From positions 65,162,001 to 65,226,000 of the forward strand of contig OZ024740.1 in assembly GCA_964016885.1 (NCBI GenBank): a DNA stretch of 64,000 nucleotides, read 5' to 3'. Shown here in pieces: positions 1 to 11,952 of the stretch. The notes under the pieces were generated by a model. The model searched no databases, was not told where the DNA came from, and was given only the letters and a program-made list of their open reading frames with translations. Source of the stretch: Eledone cirrhosa. Its lineage: Eukaryota. Position 1 is the first letter of the stretch. Each line of letters opens with the position of its first letter. Made by a program: the position numbers and the translations under genes.

Positions 1-450
1 ATATAACCTATCCTAATGTAATAAGATAAAAATACCTACAACCATAAGTCTTCATATACTCTATATACAATATTATAACTCATAATATAGGTTACAAATG
101 TCCTCCCAAATTAACGTTATTCCTTTCTCTTTTTCTTTCTCTTCCTTCCTTATCATAATTATTTTAATTTTCCATAGCGTCTAAAATAACGTCTTTTCAG
201 CCCTTTAATATAAACATAAGTTGCATACTCATATTAATAATTTTAAATATCTGACTTTTCTTCTGTCTTCCCTTCACTTTCCAGGGATAATTTGAACCGT
301 TAAGGTATATTATCTTTGGTCATCTCAAATATTTATATAACATGTTTTATTTTAATTGATGATAGCGTACCAACATTTTGGTACCCTTGAAATATATATA
401 ATAGAATAAATATGGTTTTATAAATATAGTTTCCATTTATTTAATATCAT
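1..450 (+). mobile_element. Probable 3' end fragment of a Penelope-like element with degenerate hammerhead motif (346-410)
   Basis: TTGATGA-T-AG.GTACC...GGTAC.CT-T-GAAA-T-ATAT-ATA followed by AATAAA, ending at a (TA)n tract; same layout as other PLE ends in the window. Confidence 0.45.
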
Positions 451-452
451 TG

Positions 453-516
<64 letters not shown>

Positions 517-796
517 TACATATTAGGCTTTCACTCTTTTACCATACGGCTGAGGCTATATCTTTATATATATATAAGCATATACATACATATAAATGTG
601 TACATAATTTGCTAATGATAGAATTAACTTAATAATTAATCAATTAGTCAGAGCGGTATAAAATCATAAATAGGTAATGTAAATTATTGAAATTGCTGTC
701 GGAACCAAAATAGTAATTGAGATAATACTTTTACTATATCTATTTATGATTTATGACGTTCTAAATAATTGATTCATTATTTAGTTAATTCATTTC

Positions 797-955
797 AAGG
801 CCAACAATTACCCAGTGCATTACTGTTACTTTATTTTATCGATGCCGTAAGGATGAAAGGCAAAGTTAACGTCGGCGGGATTTGAACACATAATTTCAAA
901 GGCCGTAATTCTTTGCGTCAAATAATGGCGTCCGATCCTCTGCAGATACTGCCAA
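797..955 (-). mobile_element. tRNA-derived SINE (Nin/Deu-domain core), short-tail variant
   Basis: Minus strand has an A-box-like TGGCAGTATC, B-box-like GTTCAAATCCC and core TTAACTTTGCCTTTCATCCTTACGGC.TCGATAAAATAAAGT; about 10 homologous copies or fragments in the window. Confidence 0.8.
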
Positions 956-964
956 TATATATAT

Positions 965-1173
965 ATAATAATGGTTACTCATATAGGCACAAGGCCAGCA
1001 ATTTTGGGGGTGGGGAAAGTCGATTAAATCGACCCCAGTGCGTGATTGGTACTTTATTTCATCGACCCCGTAAGGATGAAAGGCAAAGTTAACCACGGCG
1101 GGATTTGAACTCAGCCGTAACTCTTTGCTGAAAAGCATGGCGTCCAACCCTTTACCGATACAGCCAATACACC
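965..1173 (-). mobile_element. tRNA-derived SINE (Nin/Deu-domain core), long-tail variant
   Basis: GAGTTCAAATCCC B-box, core GCCTTTCATCCTTACGGGGTCGAT, tail GTCGATTTAATCGAC...GGCCTTGTGCCT and (ATT)n. Confidence 0.85.
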
Positions 1174-1606
1174 GAATAATAATAAAATGGATAAGGTCTT
1201 AAATGTTCATTACAATGATTTAGGACTGATGCGTACCACAATTATTTGTTTTATAATCCCTACATTTGAGTGACAAGGGCTAAAACGGGATTCTGTTTCT
1301 AGTAATCCCGTTATTTATCAATCGCCTACGTCTTGCTTCCATTCTTGTGAACTGCATGCCTCGTAATAGTTTTCCCTTTCGAAAACTTCACTGGTAGCGG
1401 TCACTAGAATTGTTCTCTTGTTGTCAGAAGGTTCCCAGAAGAGACGTCTTCTCGCGGCTGATATATTAACTTATTAGAATATCCAGACTAGTCTTCAGGG
1501 TGAAAGTGCAGTCGGAACCTAAAAGTAATTAAGTAATTGTTATAAAAATATATCAGCACTACCACTCTTCTCCGTCTGGCTGAGGGGGGGGGGGGGGGGG
1601 CAACCA

Positions 1607-1978
1607 CCTTGCTTCTGCTGGAAACCACCAGAGAGCGTTAGCCCCAACGTTTTGTATAGCTACAGCTTTCTAAATGTTTACCTGTAAACATACCCTATTT
1701 CTTTAGAAATACCAAATTCTAATACATATCTGTAGACAACTATGCATGAAGCAAAATCCTAATTCTATGCTACTATAAGTTGAGCCATCTTAAGCAACTT
1801 CATATGTAAATGAGATTAATTACCTCATTTACGCAGATGAGAAAACCATATATTTTCGATTGTTTTCAAGTCCAGCAGTCGCAAGTGTGTGAGGCGTCGT
1901 CTTGATGAGTACCAGTGAAGTTTTAAATGCATCAACGATTGTCCCCCTTGCTTCTGCTGGACACCACCAGGGGGCGTA
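1607..1978 (+). repeat. Direct repeat (~32 bp, spacing 339 bp) containing a CTCF-consensus-like motif
   Basis: CCTTGCTTCTGCTGGA(A/C)ACCACCAG(A/G)G(A/G)GCGT at 1607 and 1946; CCACCAGGGGGCG at 1964-1976. Confidence 0.55.
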
Positions 1979-2542
1979 TATAATATATATATATGTATAT
2001 CATTGGCGGACGCGAGAATAAATAATCAATACTGAAGTAATGTTTAAATATTCATTTATACATAAACATGTGCTGGGATTTACAACGAATTTATATCTCT
2101 TCGATAGACACAATTTGATTCCTTCCTTCTGCACGGTAAGAGGTGTCAGATTTAAGTAATAAAGGAAACTGCGTAAAGGTACATTAGCAGATTAAATGTT
2201 TAAATATGGCTTCTATAGAGAATCGAAACCCAGTCGGAAAGTTAATATGCCGGAAGCGAAGTTTCTAAATTTGAAGCGTTGCTTTTGTCCATTACATGAA
2301 ACTATTTTATTTGCCAAGTTCCATACTGAATGCAATTAATCAAGATAAGTAATAGAATAGTTTGAGAATGCCCTCCAGTTAGAAAGGAAACAAAATGTCC
2401 CTAAATAAAAAAAAAAAACGTTCGCATGAGTTTCCTTTTGCATGCATGCAAGTGAAAATAATCTTTCTCTCTCCGTATTATTGATCCAACTCAAATAATT
2501 TCAACAAAGAATCTTGGAAAAAAGATAAATTTATTTAAGGTT

Positions 2543-2606
<64 letters not shown>

Positions 2607-3190
2607 TGCGTGCGTGTGTGTGCGTGCGTCTGTGTGTGTGTGTGTGCGTGCGTCTGTGTGTGTGTGTGTGTATGAGGTGTATGTGTATGTGTGTGCGTGT
2701 GCATGCATGTATATATTGTGGATTCCTGGCCTGGCGGCCAAGTTTAAAATTTATCGTGAGTAAATTAGAATTTAATTTGCTTGATTTAGTTTCATTTAAG
2801 TCTATCTACATGGGGGCGGAGCTATATATTGATTGAGACCGGCGACGTGGAATGGAAATCTGTGAGAATACCAATGTATACAAAGCATGAAAAGATGAAA
2901 TATATATATATAAAGAAAAAAATACCATGAAAAGAACAAACTAGAATTGAAGCAGCTAAGTGGTTTTTGAATAGTGTCATTTGACTAACAAGAAAGGTGA
3001 TATTGTGTTTATTTCCATGTTCATTTATTTCTATTATATTTTAATTTTTTATCGCTCTGGTAGTATGATAACATAGAGCCACCTCCGATAAGATAAACTT
3101 TGTATTAGTGGATTCTAATATCATAACATTTTGATTGGTGCAGAGGAACAAAGGGAATACATTATAATATTATTGTAATATTTTTGTCGG

Positions 3191-3389
3191 TCATATTTGG
3201 GTATGGTTATATGGTTCTAGACACCAACTATAGCCTTCAAATAACGCATCGATAATATAAGCAACAAGGTATCCATCCTCTACTTTAGTAAAAGTATTTT
3301 CGACGAGCGTCCTCGGACTATAAGTCTCCCCTGAGCAGCAGTGGTTTCTCCAAGAAACATCTGTTACTCTCAAGATCAATACCCTATAT
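3191..3389 (-). CDS. Candidate terminal coding exon of unknown protein
   Basis: Polypyrimidine acceptor (T-rich tract then GCTAG) at 3390, open frame YRVLILRVTD...HTQI* in non-repetitive sequence; no homology recognised. Confidence 0.25.
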
Positions 3390-3697
3390 CTAGCAAAAAA
3401 AAATGCTGGCATATATCCGCCCTGTGGTAAAGCTAAATTGGGTAAACAATTCCTCGCACATTAGGAGGATGTTTAACCGCAACGCAGTGAAAATAGGCTA
3501 TTAGTGTATTCCAATATGAAATTCTCCTCTGTTTTTAGCAAGAATTGTCAGTGGAAAGAACTTCCCTTTTCATATGTTTCTTCGTGTGACCGCTGAAAAG
3601 TTAGTTTAGAAGTGTCTCCACAAATATACAGTGGTAGCTATAACTGGACCCCGAAACCGAATGGTCACACATACATGTTAAGTAAACGAAATATTAT

Positions 3698-3767
<70 letters not shown>

Positions 3768-4465
3768 TAAACGGAATAGAAAATGCTGACAAATTGTTTA
3801 CAGTGAAAAGTAGTTTAATTAGGAATAAGTGATAATTAGTAATAGTATGGGTTAGTATTAAGTTTTGGTTTTAAGTTTTACCGGTTGCGCATTTCTATTG
3901 CTTTTCAAAAATAATTTTGAGATAGAACGTCCGTGATGTTTGCTATGAGCTGATTAGTTTTGGGAATTCTACCTGTTTTTGTGTTAAAAAAGTGGCTCCA
4001 GCGGTATTAAAATAAATTTTGCGCCAATTCGTGTTGCAAAAATTCTTGTCGTCAAAACAATTTTGATTGGTCGGTAGAGGTCATGTGAATGTAAAAAATT
4101 GATTTTGCGCCAAATGTAGGTTTGTGTCGCCTGACCGAGAAATAAGTCTAACAAATATGTGTGTGTGTAGTAGTAGTAGTAAAGAGGTTCGTTGTTGTGA
4201 TAATGGTCAGCAGGGATGTGTGTGCGAACCGCAGCTTGTTGACAGTTCAAATGCCTATTAAGACAAGTGTGTGTGTGTGTGTGTGTGTGTGTAGCAGAGT
4301 AATTCGTGGTAGAGGGATGGTCAGTAGGAATGTGTCTGTAAGTGTGTGGGGGATATTTTAACATGTTAAAAGATATTTTTTCAGTTCTTGTCTTATACGG
4401 AGAAGTATGTGTGTGTGTGTGTGTGTGTGTGTATGTCTCTTTGTATGTTAATGTACGCGTGTGTA

Positions 4466-4514
<49 letters not shown>

Positions 4515-4692
4515 ATGTGTGTATGTGTGTGTGTGGGTGGATCAGTATTTATTTCTGTTAAAATGGTGTACATTATTCGATATTTTCAGTAAAATCGATT
4601 CTCTCAATAGAACATCAAAAACCTTAATAATAAAAGGTGTGAAATGATATATAGTATTGGCATAATACGAAGGTGTGTGTGAGTGTGTGTGT

Positions 4693-4967
4693 GTCCAGAC
4701 CGCACGTACTCCAAGGGGGATCCATTAGGCCTTGCCGTATTGGAATACCTGTGCACAAATATGTATCTGGAGTGTGTCCAGAAATTGTATACCCGTGCAC
4801 AAATTGTATACCTGTGCACAAATTGTACATATGTATCTGGAGTGTGTCCAGAAATTGCATACCTGTGCACAAATATGTATCTGGAGTGTGTCCGGATTGT
4901 ACGTACTGCAAGGAGGGGAACCCACTAGGCCCCGCCGTACCGGAACACCTGTGCACAAATATGTATG
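4693..4967 (+). repeat. Complex minisatellite (CCTGTGCACAAAT units; ~197-bp higher-order repeat)
   Basis: Repeated CCTGTGCACAAATATGTATCTGGAGTGTGTCC; flanking GTACT.CAAGG...TAGGCC...GCCGTA duplicated at ~4706 and ~4903. Confidence 0.7.
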
Positions 4968-5259
4968 TGCCCATCATTGTGCAATGCATGTGTGCGTTTA
5001 TGTATGTGTGTGTGTCGGCACGTTATATCTATAGACATCAAAATGTATGCACATTTGTGTATATTTGTGTTGCACCATAGAACATGTGTGTTTACGTATT
5101 TCATTGTGTTTATATGTGGGTAGAGATGTATGCTGATGTAGGTATGTATGTTGACGTGTGTATGTCGTGGGTTCATCTTAGGGAGAAGTGTTTAGACGGG
5201 GTCCGTATTTGTTAATAAAGTAAGATTCCTTGCTGATGCGCTGGTGTGGGTGGCATTAT

Positions 5260-5316
<57 letters not shown>

Positions 5317-6576
5317 TAGATTCAGCGAGCATCGCATTTCGGCGGGTACGAAAGGTGAAACGAAACGAAAAAATCAGAGATGACACTGGCAAAGTGCTCA
5401 ATAGTTAAAAACCAGAGCTAAACAATGTGTTAAGAAGACATACAAAACTGAAAAAGTGGTCAAGAAAGCATTAACCAACTAAGCCAAAGCAAATCAAGCT
5501 AAATAGGTCAAAACAAAATAAATGATAAAAAATAAATGATAAACTAGAACTGGACCTTCGGAATTGCTGTTAAAATCCAATGCAGGGTTTCTATGACACT
5601 AAATCAAAATACTGTCTGCTTAAAAATATAAGCTTTGGGTATAATTATCAAACAAGGAATATCACGTTATCAACAGGTATTTTGATCCGTACCAAATATG
5701 TGAGTGACACAGAGGCAAGTTAAACCACGTGTGGAAATCACAATAGGAAATAACCCCAGATTTCGGCAAAAGAATTCACTAAGTGTATATCATGCAAAAA
5801 ATTGCATAAATAGCACAAATCGAATATTTATATATATATAGATAAATATACACGGGTGCGTATGATTGTGTATAGACGATTATATTAATAAAAGGAATTC
5901 CAACTTTGTCTGATTTATTCGTTTTATTTACAATCTTTTAAAATTTATAATGGTATTAGAATGAAATAGTATGGTAGAATATTAAATGTTAAGTGTTAAT
6001 TGAACAAGTACTTTCATGCTTTCGCAATCTTCTGGTTCATATTCTGTGGTGACAGTCAAGTTTGCAATTTTCAACTGTAATGAGATTGGTACATTTTGTG
6101 CCTTATATACAGTGAAAAGTGGCTACAGAATGCTAAATCTTGCAAACTGTATTTCGACCAATCGGTGTGTAGTTTCACTGGATTACTAAAGCTGATTGGT
6201 TTAGGCGTCACGATTGGTTGAGCATGTCTAACGCTACTATTTGACCCTATCCGAAGCATCAATTGTTTTGCTATTTTTAGAAATGATGAAAAAAGCATTT
6301 TCTAGTAATCATCACCATCAACATCACATTTATTATTATTATTGTTGTTGTTGTTGTTAGTGGTCGTAGTCATAGTCATAGTAGTATTAATACCCCATTT
6401 AGCTTGGGTTGGAATTTATCGTGTTATGGCGTATGTTGTGTTGGTGCGATTGTCCATTTTTAATGTTTTTTCTCAGTGTTCCAGAGTCTTTACCGTAATT
6501 TGCAGCATATTCGTCGAGAAATAATTGTTTCTGCTGCCATAACTTTCTTGATTTGCTTTCTTCTTTTGAGATATCT

Positions 6577-7414
6577 CTGAATTTTAAATTGTGCCATCCA
6601 CCTCATACAAATCTCAACATCCCATACTTCCTAGCCAGAAGAATTTGTACCATTGTTGAAGATTCGAATACCTGGAACAAACCCCTAACAGAACTAAGAG
6701 AATTTTTGCACAAACAAAATACCCATCTCTACTTATAGAAAATGGCATACAGCGGGCTATAAAAATACCTATACACCAACTTAGGACAACCAAGGAAGAA
6801 GAAACCAAGAAAAGGTCATACCATTTATAATGACAGACAACACATGTCACCAGAATATCTTCAACACTGCCAAATCAAACCTACCGATCATTGCTCAAAG
6901 TAATGAATTAAAAGGCTTAATCACAGATCGATCTTTGACTCTTAGTAAAAGGCAACCGAAAAATTTGAAGCAATTACTAACAAAAGATAAGTTTGAAATT
7001 AACAACAAAGACCAGTCATTCACTGTAACTAAATGCAATGATGGTCGATGTGGCACATGTCAATCCATACACACCGGTCATTATATGAAAACAAAAACTG
7101 GAATAATATTCCCAAATGCAAATATGAACTGCAAAAGCAGAAATCTAATTTACTGCATTAAATGCCCGAATTGTGAAGAACTATATGTCGGTCAAACTGG
7201 AAATGCACTATCGGAACGTGCACGGGTGCACCGACAGCAAATCAGAGACCCAAATGTCAGTCAGATATCTCTGTGTAACCATCTAGCAACATGTGCTCAG
7301 AGAATATTTATAATATTTCCATTCTACAAATTACACAGCCCAAGTGAAATCAAGAGAAAAATCAAAGAAAAGACTTTTATTGATAAATTCCAACCCAAGC
7401 TAAATGAACAATAA
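6577..7414 (+). pseudogene. PLE RT thumb, Cys-rich linker and GIY-YIG endonuclease (frameshifted)
   Basis: HPPHT..NIPY..ARRICTI; SKRQPKNLKQLLT; CNDGRCGTC; NLIYCIKCPNCEELYVGQTG..LSER..VHRQQIRD. Confidence 0.88.
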
Positions 7415-7767
7415 TAATGGGGTATTAATCTGACTATGACTATGACCACTAAAAACAACAACAATAATAATAATAAAAGTGATGTTCATGGTGATGATTA
7501 CTAGAAAATGCTATTTTCATCATTTCTAAAAATAGCAAATCAATTGATGCTTTGGATAGGGTCAAATAGTAGTCGTTAAACATGCTCAACCAACCGTGAC
7601 GCCTAAACCAATCAGCTTTAGTAATCCAGTGAAAATACACACTGATTGCTCGAAATACAGTTTGCAAGATTTAGCATTCTGGAGCCACATGTCTCTGTAT
7701 ATAAGATACAAAATGTACCCATCTCATTACAGTTGAACATTGCAAACTTGACTGTCACCACAGAATA

Positions 7768-7806
7768 TGAACCTGAAGATTGCGAAAGCATGAAAGTACT
7801 TGTTCA
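7768..7806 (+). ncRNA. Minimal type I hammerhead ribozyme motif
   Basis: TGAAC-CTGAAGA-T-TGC-GAAA-GCA-T-GAAA-GTAC-TT-GTTCA: 5-bp stem I, intact core, palindromic GTAC loop 3. The left-arm copy (6001-6040) has a mutated core CAGAAGA. Confidence 0.8.
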
Positions 7807-7940
7807 ATTAACACTTAACATTTAATATTCTACCATACTATTTCATTCTAATACCATTATACATTTTAAAGGATTGTAAATTATACGAGTAAATCAGACA
7901 AAGTTGGAATTCCTTTTATTAATATATATATATATATATA

Positions 7941-8147
7941 AAACGAAGGAAATGTGGTAAGGAACCAGGTGGACCATAACGCACCAGAGTACTCAATACT
8001 TAGGGTAGTAGAGTGGGTAATAGGAAAATGTTTAAGACCCCGACGGCAGAGCTCTAGCCGTATCGACATCTATTTCTGGACCTATTTCTGGTCCAGAGAT
8101 AGTCGTCAATACGGTTTGAGCTCTGACCTCAGGGTCTTGAACATATT

Positions 8148-8150
<3 letters not shown>
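7941..8150. repeat. Short fold-back repeat family A (copies also at 22986-23152 and 30168-30270)
   Basis: Shared CCTTACCACA...TACCCTAAGTATTGAGTAC...GAGCTCTGCCGTCGGGGTC sequence; partial inverted head; flanked by (TA)n. Confidence 0.7.
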
Positions 8151-8181
<31 letters not shown>

Positions 8182-8308
8182 AAAATGTTCAAGACACCGA
8201 GCTCGCTGCATAACTATGGAAACATCTTGTTGAGTCAAACAAAGCCGTACGTTAAATCTATCCACGACGCAGAGTACTAACAGCCTCTAACGATAACTTT
8301 TTATCCCA

Positions 8309-8356
<48 letters not shown>

Positions 8357-8359
8357 TAT

Positions 8360-9246
8360 ACTAGCAGCAGTACCCTGCGTTGCCTGGGTAGGTAAAATAA
8401 TATCTGCTTTGATGAAAAGGTGTTGATCTTAGCGACTGCGAGTTTCTTGAAAATCGGTCGTAAGGTGTAGCAAATACCGAAATGTTGAGTGAAATCGTAT
8501 GGAATATGTGGGAGGTGGAAGGAGCTAATGATAGGTCGCCATCCCTGAGCAAAAAATGCAAAGTGTAAAGCTACTACAAGATGTGCAATGATAGGTTCTA
8601 TTGTACTATAAAAGTTGAACCAAATAAATTACTTTATGTGTGAGGTGGAGCCGAAGTTTCGAATTTGAACGAAATTGGTTGAAAAATGTGGGAGCTAGAG
8701 CGGAAAAGGCGGAAATCTGAGCGAAAAGGTGGTATTGTCGAAAATTTTAGTGGCTGCCACGCCGTTCCTCAACAAAAAATCAAAAATATAAAGCCGCTTT
8801 ATACGTGAAATAATCAGATCTAGCGTAGTGTAAAATTTGAACAAAGTAGGTTGATTAATGTGGGAGCTAGAACCTAAAAAGTGGAAATTTGAGTCTAAAA
8901 GTGGTATTTTTGAATATTTAAGCGGCTTCCACGCCGTCCCTGAACAACAACTGCAAAATATAAAGCCCTTACAGGATGTGCAACGACAACATTCTATTTT
9001 GCTTTAAAATTTGAACGAAATCGGTGGCAAAATGTGGGAGGTTGATACCTACAAAAAGGTGACCCCCCTATCGATTTTTATGTGCAGAATGACCCCGGAA
9101 TAAAAAACAATATGCTGATACATAGAAAACACTCCCCGATGACCATTCTATGAGCCTGTAAAGTTTCATGAAAATCGGTCGTAAGATGTAGGCCCCTATA
9201 GGTAATACACAGACACAAACATACATACTTAATTTTATATATATAC
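8360..9246 (-). mobile_element. Non-autonomous Helitron-like element with internal tandem repeats
   Basis: Minus strand ends in hairpin TACCC...GGGTA then CTAG^T; recurrent AAATTTGAACGAAATCGGT...AATGTGGGAGCTAG internal repeats; microsatellite near the 5' end. Confidence 0.6.
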
Positions 9247-9277
9247 AAATATATATATATATATGTATATATATACC

Positions 9278-9319
<42 letters not shown>

Positions 9320-9387
9320 TAAAAATTAGCGAGAATCGAATTTCAGCCTATGAAAGAACGAAAAAACATATATATATATATATATAT

Positions 9388-9600
9388 ATAAGTATGTATA
9401 CGTACATACATATATGTATACAGACGTACAGTAGTATGTATATATATATATACATGCACACATATATATATATGTACGTATACTCTATACATATATATAT
9501 ACTGTACGTCTGTATACATATATGTATGTACGTATACATACTTATATTTAAGAAACAGCCGTACTAAGAGTGAGAAATGAAATTTCGTTTCATTTTTTCT
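9388..9600. repeat. Internally deleted fold-back copy of the 36.7-kb retrozyme-like family
   Basis: TAAGTATGTATACGTACATACATATATGT.TACAGACG arms in inverted orientation, plus tail CCGTACTAAGAGTGAGAAATGAA shared with 37467-37490. Confidence 0.75.
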
Positions 9601-10479
9601 ACTCAGCAAATAATTTTCTACTCACCAAATAATATTTACGCTGTTTACACGTATTTAGTGCTGCAGAATATGAAAACCGATAAAATATCTCTTGCAATGT
9701 TTAACGTTTTTCAATGCTTAAACTCTTCTCTATTAATTCGAGAATCTGCTGTACACCCTTCAGTGAAGTCGTGTATTTGTGTTTTATTCCATCTTTCCTC
9801 ACCATTGTACAACTCTCAATATGTGATAGAGCAGTAGGCAGATCTTAACCTAAGCTTATCTGGCTAAAAATAACTCAAGATATAAAAACTAGTGAGACTA
9901 TTCTATTATATTGGGGGCCTGAAAATACAAAGGCACATATCTAACATTCTAGAATATTATAATGAAGTTGTTTATCGCGATTGCCTGAGAGTTTGAGACG
10001 TATCGACTTAAATCTACACATTTCTGAATAATCATTGCGAGCGTCATTAACCTATATACCACACGCACACACAGAGACACAAACACACACAGACACACAG
10101 ACACACATACACACGTAGATACACATACACACGTAGATACACAGACACACACACACACCTGCAACCAATAGATAACGCTGAAAATAAATACTTTGTAATT
10201 TTAAATAATCTCATTCGTTTGTTTTTACTTCGATAACAGTACCGAGAATTAAACATTTGCTCTCAGAATCCCGGTATAGATGTAATAACTGTCCAGATGC
10301 AGCCCTTGTGAAATTAAGCCATCCTTTATATAAACTAGCAGAAAAACCGCCCCGGGCGGTTTTCTGCTAGCATATGTAGTGTGCATATCGGTATTATACG
10401 CAATTTGTATGTAGTGTACATATTGGTATTATATTATACGCATATAGATATATGTAAATTGCAAAGTAAATTGACAATA

Positions 10480-11082
10480 TCTTCTTCTTCGCCCACTTAT
10501 TTCTGAGAGGGTCGTGGGGCCAGAGTCCTTCTCAAACACTCCTTCCAGCGATTCTGTCAGTAGCAAACATCTCTAATTGATCCAGCTGGATCCCAAAGCG
10601 TGACCAGCCAAGCTCATGTATGTTATCCAACTCTCTTGATCAGGGTTTACCTCTGGGTCTCTTGCCTGTAAAATGTATTCAGCGATTCTTTACTGAGACA
10701 TTATAACCACATGCTCATAATATCGGATTTGGGATCTTTCAATTCGGAGAAGTAGCGGCTCTACCAGGAGTGACTTTCTGGTCTCTGGGCTATGCACGTT
10801 ATCGAGTAACGTTACTCCAAAGACCCTTCGGAGGAATCCAATTTCTGGCGCTTTTATTTGCAAATGTATTCTTTTGGTCATTACTCAAGATTCATGATCC
10901 TCGGTAAGAGTTGGCAGGAATACCAGGAAGACAGCGAGTTTGGCTTTTACACCTAAACCCCTTCTTCTGATTGCTGGATGCTGAGGCTGGCGCATTACTT
11001 AATTCAGCCTCCTGCATTCCATCCCTCATGAACACGGCTCCAAGATACTTGAACTTCTCTAACTGCTTCAGTAGAACTCCAT
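10480..11082 (-). mobile_element. RTE-clade LINE 3' fragment (decayed)
   Basis: QLEKFKYLG; EIGFLRRVFGVTLLD.V....RKSL.VEPLLLRIERSQ.R..HV; (GAA)n tail at 10480-10490. Confidence 0.8.
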
Positions 11083-11295
11083 ATACGTATATATATAAAT
11101 GTGAGAGACTTCTGTCCACCCGTCCATCACGCAATGTCTATGTGTGTGTGTGTGAATGTATGTTTGTGTAAAAGGAAGGAAAGGGATACACACATATATA
11201 TGTCTAACTTAAAAACAGTGACACACACACGTGTCTCTAATTTAAGAACGCCGACAAACTCACGCGCGTGCACATACACACTGTCTTATTACCAC

Positions 11296-11952
11296 TTAAG
11301 AGCTTTGGCCCGAGCAAACATCCCCTCAATTTTGGAACCGTCTGGGTTGTCCTGAATTGATGAGAAAAGACTTTACGGTCTTACTCTGTGCTCCTGGTCA
11401 AGAGGTAGGTGCCTTACCTGGGACGTCACAGTTAGTAACTCTTTTGCTTTTCCCCACATTCTGGATGCAGCGGTAAGGGCAACAGCTACAGCATCCGCAG
11501 CTGAACGGAACAAAATCCTAAAATACCATGTTCTGACAGCTAACTACATTATCCAGCTTGTGGCGTACGAAGCGTTTGGGGGAGTCGGGCTACTGACAGC
11601 GTATCTTCACTGGCGTGCTCGTGAGCGCACTTGGTTGTTCCAGCACCTCAGCGTCACCATCACCCCAAATAACGCTGCGAGTGTGCTAGCCGACCTCAAA
11701 CATTATTAGAGAGGTTTTCCAGTGCTCCTCCTAATATTGCTCTCTTTTGCACTGGTAGCGGCTCGTTTTCCCACTCTTTCGCCTGCATTTTGTTCTATGG
11801 GGTCTAAGATGTGTGTATTACCTGCTTGTGTATTTTTTCTCTTTGCTTTTTCCGTTCCCTTTCCTTTGTATATATTATATTTGTTAGAGTTTTCGTTCTC
11901 TAACCATTATATTAAATGAGTTTTTAAAAAAAGGTTTAATAAATAAATAAAA
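11296..11952 (+). mobile_element. CRE-clade non-LTR retrotransposon 3' remnant (restriction-like endonuclease)
   Basis: Translation RALARANIPSILEPSGL..D.KR..GLTL.SW.RG.CLTWDVTV...AE.NK..KY..L...E.FGG.G...LFQHLSV....NAASVL; (TAAA)n tail. Confidence 0.7.

Larger units (their letters stand above)
5881..7925 (+). mobile_element. Penelope-like element (Neptune-like), 5'-truncated, with inverted pseudo-LTR
   Basis: Arms ~5881-6420 and ~7381-7925 are reverse complements; the right arm ends at (TA)n; internal thumb/linker/GIY-YIG coding remnant; HHR in the arm. Confidence 0.9.

Noticed and set aside
4693-4967. CRISPR-like appearance of CCTGTGCACAAAT repeats
   Set aside because: Spacers are themselves repeated, the context is eukaryotic and there are no cas genes; it is a minisatellite
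10334-10370. 37-bp palindrome CTAGCAGAAAAACCGCCC/GGGCGGTTTTCTGCTAG
   Set aside because: Probably a folded-back Helitron-like terminus; too short to classify
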